From: an uncultured Anaerolineales bacterium
GTDB lineage: Bacteria > Chloroflexota > Anaerolineae > B4-G1
Assembly (NCBI GenBank): GCA_964528475.1
Contig: CAZGSX010000004.1
Coordinates: 1-62,462 of the forward strand
Reading direction: 5' to 3'
Length of the DNA stretch: 62,462 nucleotides
Shown: piece by piece, positions 20,465 to 27,674 of the stretch
How the letters are laid out: each line of letters begins with the position of its first letter
Numbering within the stretch: the stretch's first letter is position 1
Translations under genes and position numbers: made by a program
Notes under the pieces: model-generated
Database searches by the model: none
What the model saw: the letters and a program-made list of their open reading frames with translations, nothing else
What the model was told of the DNA's origin: nothing

Positions 20465-20749
20465 TCAATCGCCTTCGAAGTAGTAGAGCGACGGAATCTC
20501 CTCAAACGCAGCCCGGAACGCCGGCTTCAGCCGGTCGTAGGCCCACGCGACCTGTTCGTCCTGCATGTGTGGATCATCCAGGAGGTACCTGACCAGGCGA
20601 GATGCATTGATCCCACCGCCGACGTCCTCCCCCTGCTGCAACAAGGTCCCAACGGCCCCCTTCAGCAACGCGGGTGTCACGCTAGATCTCACTGCCTCGA
20701 CCTTTTCCATCACCTCTTTATTCATCATCTGCTGATCTGGCTCCTTCAC
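20465..20749 (-). CDS. hypothetical protein (Cys-free, 94 aa), last gene of the redox island
   Basis: ORF lies 45 nt downstream of the glutaredoxin-like gene on the same strand. No family recognised. Confidence 0.5.
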   Translation of the reverse strand: MKEPDQQMMNKEVMEKVEAVRSSVTPALLKGAVGTLLQQGEDVGGGINASRLVRYLLDDPHMQDEQVAWAYDRLKPAFRAAFEEIPSLYYFEGD

Positions 20750-20794
20750 AACACGAGCTCATCTCCCGACCAACGGTCGGACGACTCACACCTT

Positions 20795-21013
20795 TCAGGT
20801 GCCGTGAAACCCAACCTCCACGCGGTGGTCGGGCCAGACGATTGTCGGCACCTCCCCGCGACCCCCATTCAGCATCAGCATCTCGTGAAGCCGCCGAGGA
20901 CGCAGTTCCACGTCGTAGGAGACGTAGTCACGGCCCTCGCGGTCCAGCTTCCGAAGCAGCGCCCGAGTGTGCGGGCAGCCGCGCTTTCCGTAGACCTCTA
21001 TCTGTTCGGACAT
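20795..21013 (-). CDS. glutaredoxin/NrdH-like small redox protein (monothiol CPHT site)
   Basis: 72 aa. Has beta-alpha-beta thioredoxin-fold layout with IEVYGKRGCPHT at the active-site position and a cis-Pro context (VPTIV). SD GGAGGTG. Confidence 0.7.
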   Translation of the reverse strand: MSEQIEVYGKRGCPHTRALLRKLDREGRDYVSYDVELRPRRLHEMLMLNGGRGEVPTIVWPDHRVEVGFHGT

Positions 21014-21069
21014 AGCACCTCCGTACCGGCAGAGCCTAAACCCATCTCATCCGAGCACTCCTAGGACTG

Positions 21070-21089
21070 ATATGCATTGTGACGCATAT
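21070..21089. promoter_or_regulatory. 6-8-6 palindrome ATATGC-N8-GCATAT (candidate ArsR-type operator)
   Basis: ATATGC (21070-21075), 8 nt, GCATAT (21084-21089), about 57 nt upstream of the glutaredoxin-like start. The architecture is identical to the site on the arsR promoter (34574-34593). Confidence 0.4.
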
Positions 21090-21097
21090 CGGTTGGC

Positions 21098-21139
21098 AAA
21101 AAAAGGGCACTCCGAAGGAAATAACCGCCAGGAGCACTC
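21098..21139 (-). terminator. possible intrinsic terminator after the GcvH-like gene
   Basis: Minus strand: GAGUGCUCC, 17-nt loop, GGAGUGCCC (one mismatch, two G-U pairs), followed by seven U. Confidence 0.35.
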
Positions 21140-21255
21140 ACCGACCTGACATCTACGACTTGACTAGGCCGTGACACATCCCGCACCACCCCCCAAGAGA
21201 TGAATCCTCTGGGCATGAAACAGGAGACGCGCCACGGCTTTCCTCCCCCGACGAT

Positions 21256-21600
21256 CTAGATAGGATCCTCGTCCATCAGGCTGCCGAGCTCTGACGCGTC
21301 GGCAATCTCTATCTTAACGATCCAACCGTCCCCCTCAGGATCGTCGTTGATCAGCTCAGGAGTATCAAGCAGCGCCGTATTGAGCTCGGTGATCACACCG
21401 CTAACCGGTGCATAGAGATCCTGCGCGCTCTTGATGGACTCTACCGCCATGAACATCTCGCCCTGGGTAACTTCCTCACCCACCTCAGGGAACATAACCT
21501 CGATGATGTCCCCCAACTCGTCCGCCGCATTCGCCGAAATCCCAACTGTGGCGATGTTGCCGTCAACATTCGCGTATTCGTGGCTCTCTGCGTACTTCAT
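21256..21600 (-). CDS. glycine-cleavage H-like lipoyl carrier protein (LbpA-like by context)
   Basis: 114 aa. Lipoyl-lysine motif MAVESIKSAQDLYAPVSGV followed by DGWIVKIE. It is not next to gcvT/gcvP and is embedded in a sulfur-relay cluster. Confidence 0.85.
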   Translation of the reverse strand: MKYAESHEYANVDGNIATVGISANAADELGDIIEVMFPEVGEEVTQGEMFMAVESIKSAQDLYAPVSGVITELNTALLDTPELINDDPEGDGWIVKIEIADASELGSLMDEDPI

Positions 21601-21748
21601 CTTGGCTCCTTATTGCTTGCGTGCTTAGGTGCCCTAGAGGTACGTAGTCAACTGTCTGGGACACCCCACTGCCCATCAGCCGGTCTCGGCCTGGGTGGCA
21701 TGCCTGCGGGGGAACCAGCGGGAGGCCGATTCACCCCGCACATCTTCC

Positions 21749-22018
21749 TTACGTGATCGCTTGCTCTTCGGCGACGATCAGATCAACCAGTTCCGAGTAG
21801 CTAATGAGTTTCACATTAGCGCTCTCTGCCGGATAACCACGAGCGCAGAAATCCAGCTCGAGGGCGCACACGTCCGCCTGGACGTCCCGTACTTCGTTCG
21901 TCACGGCCCAGAACACGCCGTCTTGAATCAAGACCACGCAGTCATCCTTCTCTGCGCACTCAAGCTTCACCTTCTCGATAGGATGATCCACTCCGTACTT
22001 AATCAACACCAGCGCCAT
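21749..22018 (-). CDS. DsrH/TusB-like sulfur relay protein
   Basis: 89 aa. Has VVLIQDGV, ALELDFCARGY and ISYSELVDL, parallel to TusB LLLQDGV, ALNEDLIARGL and IDYTDFVRL. Confidence 0.75.
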   Translation of the reverse strand: MALVLIKYGVDHPIEKVKLECAEKDDCVVLIQDGVFWAVTNEVRDVQADVCALELDFCARGYPAESANVKLISYSELVDLIVAEEQAIT

Positions 22019-22031
22019 ATGACCCCCTCCC

Positions 22032-22388
22032 TTACACGAAAATCACGTTGTCGAAGCCGTGGAAGAACTCCGACAGCGATTCCTTGTCCAGCACCTGAGC
22101 CTGATATCCAGGGTCAACATCCTCGACCCCAAATCGCTCCATGTCCTCTCTGACTGCATAGACGGGGGTCTCAAAGCGCTTGACGAATCTCTGGACCATC
22201 TTCACCGGCAACAAGCCGCACTTCTCTGGGCACGTCTCTTGAGAGAGGGTAACGACGGCTGCATCCATAAGCAGTACCGCTGGCTCGAGATCCTCCCCAT
22301 ACATGCCGAACGCGGTTCGAAACGCCTCGTTCACCCAGATCGATCCCACAGGTGCCTGATACACGACGAACACGACCTTCTTATCCAT
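22032..22388 (-). CDS. DsrF/TusC-like sulfur relay protein
   Basis: 118 aa. DsrE-fold N-terminus (VVFVVYQAPVGS) and C-terminal DNVIFV, as in TusC DVILRF. Confidence 0.75.
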   Translation of the reverse strand: MDKKVVFVVYQAPVGSIWVNEAFRTAFGMYGEDLEPAVLLMDAAVVTLSQETCPEKCGLLPVKMVQRFVKRFETPVYAVREDMERFGVEDVDPGYQAQVLDKESLSEFFHGFDNVIFV

Positions 22389-22401
22389 ACGTTGTCTCCT
22401 C

Positions 22402-22758
22402 CTACGCCATCAGGCTGATGAATCGATCGCTCGTGCTTATCAGCTCGGCCAACTCAGGCAACCCCGAAGGAGCCGATCCCTCAATGATCATGTCTTCGGT
22501 AACGCCCCGATAGTCCATGCAGATGCCGCAGATGTCCACCTTGAGTCCCTTCTCTGCGATCATCGTCTCCAGGATCTTTGGAATGTTCCGATCACTACGA
22601 ACTGGCTTCACCTGAGAGTTGGCTGCAAGGATTGCATCACTGAACAGGAAGATCCCCACCTCGTGCCCCTTCTCCAGGGCAGCATCCGCGATCTTGATGG
22701 CAGTATCCAGATCTTGCTGCGAATACGGTTGCACCATCGCTTGAATTGTGATTCTCAT
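22402..22758 (-). CDS. DsrE/TusD-like sulfurtransferase
   Basis: 118 aa. The active-site Cys context VDICGICMDYRGV aligns with TusD NICVAAALRRGV. Confidence 0.8.
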   Translation of the reverse strand: MRITIQAMVQPYSQQDLDTAIKIADAALEKGHEVGIFLFSDAILAANSQVKPVRSDRNIPKILETMIAEKGLKVDICGICMDYRGVTEDMIIEGSAPSGLPELAELISTSDRFISLMA

Positions 22759-22770
22759 AGGTCTCTATCC

Positions 22771-23760
22771 CTAGTCCCTGAAGAGGATCCAGGCCATGCC
22801 CCAGTTGCCCAATATGAAGAACACCGAAGCGATCAGGGAGGAAATGGCCAATTGCGGAACGCCGGTGAGGAAGTGCCCAATGTTGCATCCTCCTGCGGTC
22901 GAAGCTCCAAGCCCCATCAGCATACCGCCGACCAAGACCTGCACGTACGTGATTGGACTCCTTGGCATACGTAGCTTGAATTCCTTGGTCAGCACGGCGG
23001 CCACAGCGGCGCCGAGTACCGTGCCGATGATCAGCCATCCGCCCCAATTCAGTGGCGCGTTGTCGGTGAATCCGCTCAACACGTTGACCCACCCGGAGGT
23101 GATCCCGAGGCCATACATGCGGCCCGTTGGGATGCTAGTCACAAATCCCACGCCTCCCAGAAGCGCCAACAGTACCGAGGCCACTTTCCAGTCCAGTTTG
23201 GTCTTCCGGTCAGTGGTCTTGGTGCCGAACGCATACAGAAGGAAGAGGGCTGCCAAGATGAGCCCCGGTATCCAAGGATTGAGGCCCAGCACCGACGCCA
23301 GGGTTGGCCCAGATTCCTCTACATAGTACGTCGGGTTATTGGAGGCGCTAATGCTGAACTGTCCGAACCAGTTCTTCCACCAGTTCAATGCGCCCGAGCC
23401 AGTGGCAGAAGCCGTCAGACCAAGGCCAAGGGCCGCAAGCCAGGCGGTGGTCATCCCCTCGCCCACCCGATAGGTGGTTCCAGATGCGCAGCCAGCAGCC
23501 AAGACCATTCCAACGCCAAATATGAGTCCCCCGACTATGTTCGCCGGTATGTTAAGTGGCATCGGATTCATCACCATCCATCCGAATTGTGACAACAGCA
23601 AGAAGATCACGATCTGCAGCGCCAGGGTCAAGACAGCCAGCTTCATCAGGTAGTTATCGCGAAAGATGAGCACGTCCCTGAAAGCGGAGTTGAAGCAGAT
23701 CCGGCCTTGCTGCAGGAGCGCGCCGAATGCGAGCCCCACGATCAATCCCGTCCAAACCAT
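22771..23760 (-). CDS. YeeE/YedE family sulfur-compound (thiosulfate-type) transporter
   Basis: 330 aa, multi-TM. The three conserved Cys loops of the family are present (GRICFNSAF, AAGCASGTTY, TAGGCNIGHF). ATG at 23760 has SD AGAGAGGAG. Confidence 0.9.
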   Translation of the reverse strand: MVWTGLIVGLAFGALLQQGRICFNSAFRDVLIFRDNYLMKLAVLTLALQIVIFLLLSQFGWMVMNPMPLNIPANIVGGLIFGVGMVLAAGCASGTTYRVGEGMTTAWLAALGLGLTASATGSGALNWWKNWFGQFSISASNNPTYYVEESGPTLASVLGLNPWIPGLILAALFLLYAFGTKTTDRKTKLDWKVASVLLALLGGVGFVTSIPTGRMYGLGITSGWVNVLSGFTDNAPLNWGGWLIIGTVLGAAVAAVLTKEFKLRMPRSPITYVQVLVGGMLMGLGASTAGGCNIGHFLTGVPQLAISSLIASVFFILGNWGMAWILFRD

Positions 23761-23906
23761 GTTATGTTGACTCCTCTCTTGTGAATTGAATGAAGTGTGA
23801 TCGTCAAAACCACCATGCACGGACAAAAACACTCGAAGAGCCTTATATGCTCAACCCGCCAAGTGGACCGCTACACGTGATACGATCACGAAGCCCAACA
23901 AAGGGA

Positions 23907-24149
23907 CTACTTAGTGACCTTGACGTAGATGTTCCACTCCGAGTTGCCTACCTCTTCTATCTCGAGGACCTCGCTTCCCGCCTTTCGCACCGTCTCGGGG
24001 ATGCGTTCCTTGGACATTGGATAGTCAACCTGGATCATGATGATATCTCCGTCTTTGCCCTTCTTGACGGCCCTCTTTGCCTCGACGTCGGGTATCGGGC
24101 ACACCTCACCGCGCACATCAATCGTCTTGGTGGGTTCATACGCTGCCAT
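23907..24149 (-). CDS. tusA: TusA/SirA-like sulfurtransferase
   Basis: 80 aa. Signature DVRGEVCPIPDVEAKRAV (CPxP motif). SD AAGGAG. Confidence 0.9.
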   Translation of the reverse strand: MAAYEPTKTIDVRGEVCPIPDVEAKRAVKKGKDGDIIMIQVDYPMSKERIPETVRKAGSEVLEIEEVGNSEWNIYVKVTK

Positions 24150-24189
24150 TGTATTTTCTCCTTATCAACTCTGATTCTGCCGTAATGTA

Positions 24190-25298
24190 TGCGCCTTGCA
24201 TCACCATCGCTTGTTCAAGCTCCGCCATCGTCATTCCATCCTCACATAGGCCCCCCCATCGAAGTACCTGTGTGCTCCCTTCAATTGTCGTCTCGGATTC
24301 CCACAGCAGAGAGGAGAGGCAGGACGACCCTGTGACCAGACGGCCGTCTGTCTCCCCTGGAGAATCCAGCTGATGCACGCTGTAGTGCATTTTACATCAA
24401 GAATCATACTTTTCCAAGTCCGGCGGCTACCACAGCCGAACCGCTGCATTCCCAGAGCGACGTGGGACCGAACCTGCCATATGTCCACTCCGTTCGCTCA
24501 CCGCATCCTTGCGCAGCAAGCTGAGGCGGCCCCCTAGTTACTGCTTGGCTCTCAAGAGCAAATGTGGAACAAGTGGGCCGTCCGCCATCCTTGCAGTTGG
24601 TTTTGCTGAGCAGTCTGTATAGGTCCACAGCCTACAGCTTTGGGGATCTGTTACCTTCAGCTGCTGTCTTGATTGTCCCTGATTCAGGCCTGCGCGCCCA
24701 GCTGGACCGCGTCCCAGGGGCGGATCGAGCTTGGTTAGTACGGACGGGAGATACTCCACCAGCGTGACCTCCACGCCGCGCCGATTCAACGCCTCGGCTA
24801 TCTCCAGGCCGATGTACCCACCGCCCACCACCACGGCGGAGGCTGGCGACTGCTCTACGAGGTAGTCGCGCACGGCGAAGCCACCACCCATCGTGCGCAG
24901 GAAGAGCACCCCCTTCTGCTCCAAACCGTCGCTGGGCGGGTGCGCCGGGACGGCTCCGGTGGCAATCACGAGGTTGTCATACGATATGCAGCGCCCCCGC
25001 CCGGCGTCGTCCATTGCTGTGACCGTCTTGCCATTCGCGTCGATGATTTGCGCAGTGTGCGCCAGCAGCAGGTGGGATCCCCCGGGCCTCGATGTCTCTC
25101 GCCTTGCGGTGGGCCAGGTCGCGCCAATGGGCGACCTGGCCGCCCAGCCACGGCAGTCCGCAGATGAAGTAGTTGGGTTACCGGTCAGCGACGACCAGGG
25201 TAACCGCGCCGCGGGTTTACCTCCCGCGCTCGCAGGGCGGCGCTGATGCTCGCATCACTTCCGCCGATGATCAGCAGGTGACCGTCCTCTCTGCCCAT
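24190..25298 (-). pseudogene. decayed CoA-disulfide reductase/NADH oxidase-family flavoprotein with a rhodanese-like tail
   Basis: The N-terminus HLLIIGGSDASISAALRARE is followed by frameshifts. TAA at 25180-25178 stands where Tyr is expected before PNYFICGLPW (the redox Cys motif). A middle block is intact: YDNLVIATGAVP...VVVGGGYIGLEIAEALNRRGVEVTLVE. Further shifts and stops follow, then a degenerate rhodanese-like stretch (RLVTGSSCLSS...VLRWGG). About 1.1 kb remains of an expected roughly 1.6 kb. Confidence 0.75.
24389..24417 (-). promoter_or_regulatory. candidate promoter of the tusA-yeeE-dsrEFH unit
   Basis: Minus strand: TTGGAA (24417-24412), 17 nt, TAAAAT (24394-24389). It sits in a local AT-rich patch inside the decayed oxidoreductase gene. 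Confidence 0.45.
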
Positions 25299-25361
25299 GA
25301 TCTCCCACCCCCAGCTCTCACCAATTGGCCCTCGATCGTCACGCCCTCAAGGAGTGTGTGA

Positions 25362-25988
25362 TTACCGTACCCCACTTGAAACCCCTCTCACGCACCTTCT
25401 CCAGCTTGTCGAGCGACTCTGGACTGTCCAGCACCAGCCGGTAGCGGATCTGAAGCATCGCTGGGGTTCTTCGCGGCGGTCACCCTCTACTTTTGCGCGT
25501 ACGCCGTCCACGTGCAGACGCATCTTCTCGCCCAGCGCGTTAACGTTAGTGATCTGGCAGACTGGTGGGGCTGCCACCAGCGTCTCCAAGGCCGACTTTA
25601 CGCCCGGCCCGCCCTCAACCCAGGTCTCCAGGGGGATGCCAGGCCGGACCACCAATCCGCCGGTGCTGTGCGGCCCGTAGGTAACCTTATGCCCGGCGAA
25701 GGCAAGGAGATCAATCCCCTCGCCTCCATGTCGATAGGACACGCCCCGGGCTTCTGCCCCGCGTCCACCAGAAACAGGATATCGTGATTCCGGCAGATCC
25801 CCTCACTGCGGGCACAGGGAGAATAGCGCCCAGCGGCTCTCGTCGGCGATGCCCAGCGCCTCCTCCTCACGCCTGTGGCCGCCCCGCCCCGGTGTCGCCC
25901 CCACGTCGCGCATGAAGTGAACCACCGCGCGGTAGACGGCCTCCGGCTTCGGCCAGCTGGTCGCCGCCTTATCCAGGTAGACTGTCAC
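25362..25988 (-). pseudogene. decayed class V aminotransferase (NifS/cysteine desulfurase-like)
   Basis: The N-terminus VYLDKAATSWPKPEAVYRAV...GRGGHR ends in a stop after about 60 codons. Other frames carry HDILFLVDAGQKPGACPID and IDLLAFAGHKVTYGPHSTGGLVVRPG, including the PLP-Lys context. About 135 internal codons are missing. Confidence 0.7.
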
Positions 25989-26044
25989 GTCGTTCTCGCA
26001 CCCTTGACTGCCGCTGGATCTGCACTGGCGACCCCGTATCTCAC

Positions 26045-26581
26045 CTACACCTGAAGTATGTCTCCGAGTTCATTGATACGTTCGGCAAGGCGCCTCGCTG
26101 CTTCAATGGCCTCCAAGTCTTGTTGGATGTCTCCGGCGTTGAATGCAATGCCGGAGACCCCTCTGTTAGCTGGGATCATCTCGTGCTTGAGAAGGAATGC
26201 GTTGATTGCAGTGATCGCGCTTTCTGCACCGTACCGTCTACCGACCACGACTGCACCGCCAATTTTGTTTCTCAGCTTTCCTCTGATCGACCAAGAGCGA
26301 TCGATGAAGGCCTTGAGTTGAGCCGAGACGTTGTTGAAATAGACGGGGCTGCCCAAGACTATCGCGTCCGCAGCGAACAGCATCCGCGTCAAGACCTGGG
26401 TCATACCATCGTCAACTGTGCAGTCATCCAGCCGCTGGCAAGCCCAGCAAGACTCGCAGGGCTCGATCTGATAATCGGTCAGCTTCACTAACTGACCACC
26501 AGTGATCGGTTGCATGAGCTGAAGCAGATAGTCTGTGTTGCTATCCTTCCTCGGACTTCCGGAAATGTACAAGACTCTCAC
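26045..26581 (-). CDS. iron-sulfur flavoprotein (Isf-type NADPH-dependent FMN reductase fold)
   Basis: 178 aa. Flavodoxin-like ISGSPRKDSNT plus the compact 4Fe-4S motif Cx2Cx2Cx5C (CESCWACQRLDDC). Confidence 0.85.
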   Translation of the reverse strand: MRVLYISGSPRKDSNTDYLLQLMQPITGGQLVKLTDYQIEPCESCWACQRLDDCTVDDGMTQVLTRMLFAADAIVLGSPVYFNNVSAQLKAFIDRSWSIRGKLRNKIGGAVVVGRRYGAESAITAINAFLLKHEMIPANRGVSGIAFNAGDIQQDLEAIEAARRLAERINELGDILQV

Positions 26582-26599
26582 CTATCACCACCTTGGACA

Positions 26600-27053
26600 G
26601 CACTGCATAGGATGTGAACGAGACGATCCGCTCTGCTCGGAGACCCTACCCTTGTTCGTTCATCATAGACTGCCGGATCACGACGCGTCACTGACTCTGA
26701 CTCCCTCTTCGAATCCCCCAGATGGCACATCGGTAGCCAGGTCCGGTCTCTCGGCTGCGCTCCGCACGCGGGGCAGTACCGCCCGGTAGAAGAAGTCCCT
26801 CGCACCCTCGACATTCGACCAGCGAGGCCACCACACCCAGCACCATGAACGTGACCGCCAGGCCAACGGCGAACGTCAGTGACAGTGTAAACGAACGGCG
26901 CCGCGACAACTCCACCGATCCACCTAAGTAGCCGATGATCAATGGGATCATCGCCACGTTGCAGGGACCGATGCTGGTGATCACCCCGCCCAGGAAGACA
27001 AGCCGGTAGGCTAGGCGGGAGCTCGTCTTTAGGATCTCAAGGTTGAAGGGCAT
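26600..27053 (-). pseudogene. truncated CcdA/DsbD-type thiol-disulfide transporter
   Basis: The first 70 or so codons match CcdA TM1-TM2 (FLGGVITSIGPCNVAMIPLIIGYL...FAVGLAVTFMVLGVVASLV). The frame then degenerates. Only about 450 nt are available before the next gene, against roughly 700 expected. Confidence 0.6.
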
Positions 27054-27059
27054 CGCACC

Positions 27060-27674
27060 TCACTCCTCGCCCATCGTCGCCAGTTGCTGGCGCAGCGCAT
27101 CCGCCTCCATCACCCCCACATGTCCCTCCACCTCCCCTTCGCGATCGACGAAGATCAGGGTGGGGATGGCGCGTACGGTGGCGCGCTGGAGCAGATTCCG
27201 ATTCCGCTCATCGTAGACGTCGACGTCCACCAGCGCCACCGAGTCAGAGAAACCGGGGTACACCTCCTCAACAATCCCGGTCATCCTCACGCATTGCACG
27301 CAGGTGTCGGAGTGAAAGAAGACAAACACCGGCTTACGGGCACTCAGAAGGCGATCCAACCGCGCCTCGGGCAACAGATCCTGGGTCGCGGAAGACGCCC
27401 CTGTGCTCGCTGCCTCCGTGGTAGCCCAGCCCCGGGACGTCGAGCTACCAGATTGCGATGCCGTGGGGATGGCCTGCTCGGGCGGCGCGGTCGGTTCAGC
27501 TGTGACGGAGTCCCTCAATGCAGCCGGGGGTTGCCGCGTCTTCAGGAACAGGACAGCGCCAACCAAGAGGAAAACTCCTGCGACGACAACAACCTGGCAG
27601 AGCGGCAACCGGGCCCACATGCCCCGTCCGGAGGATTCACGGGCTTCACGACAAGAGCGGGATTTTCGCTTCAT
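27060..27674 (-). CDS. membrane-anchored thioredoxin-like protein (TlpA/ResA-like topology, CVQC site)
   Basis: ATG at 27674 overlaps the upstream stop (ATGA). It has one N-terminal TM helix (LCQVVVVAGVFLLVGAVLFL), a Pro/Thr/Ser linker and a thioredoxin fold (VFVFFHSDTCVQCVRM...AIPTLIFV). Confidence 0.8.
   Translation of the reverse strand: MKRKSRSCREARESSGRGMWARLPLCQVVVVAGVFLLVGAVLFLKTRQPPAALRDSVTAEPTAPPEQAIPTASQSGSSTSRGWATTEAASTGASSATQDLLPEARLDRLLSARKPVFVFFHSDTCVQCVRMTGIVEEVYPGFSDSVALVDVDVYDERNRNLLQRATVRAIPTLIFVDREGEVEGHVGVMEADALRQQLATMGEE

Noticed and set aside
24136-24390. 84-aa ORF between the dead flavoprotein gene and tusA
   Set aside because: Its start codon overlaps the predicted -10. 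Its sequence (RLVTGSSCLSS...VLRWGG) looks like the degenerate rhodanese tail of the upstream pseudogene, so it is not treated as an independent gene.
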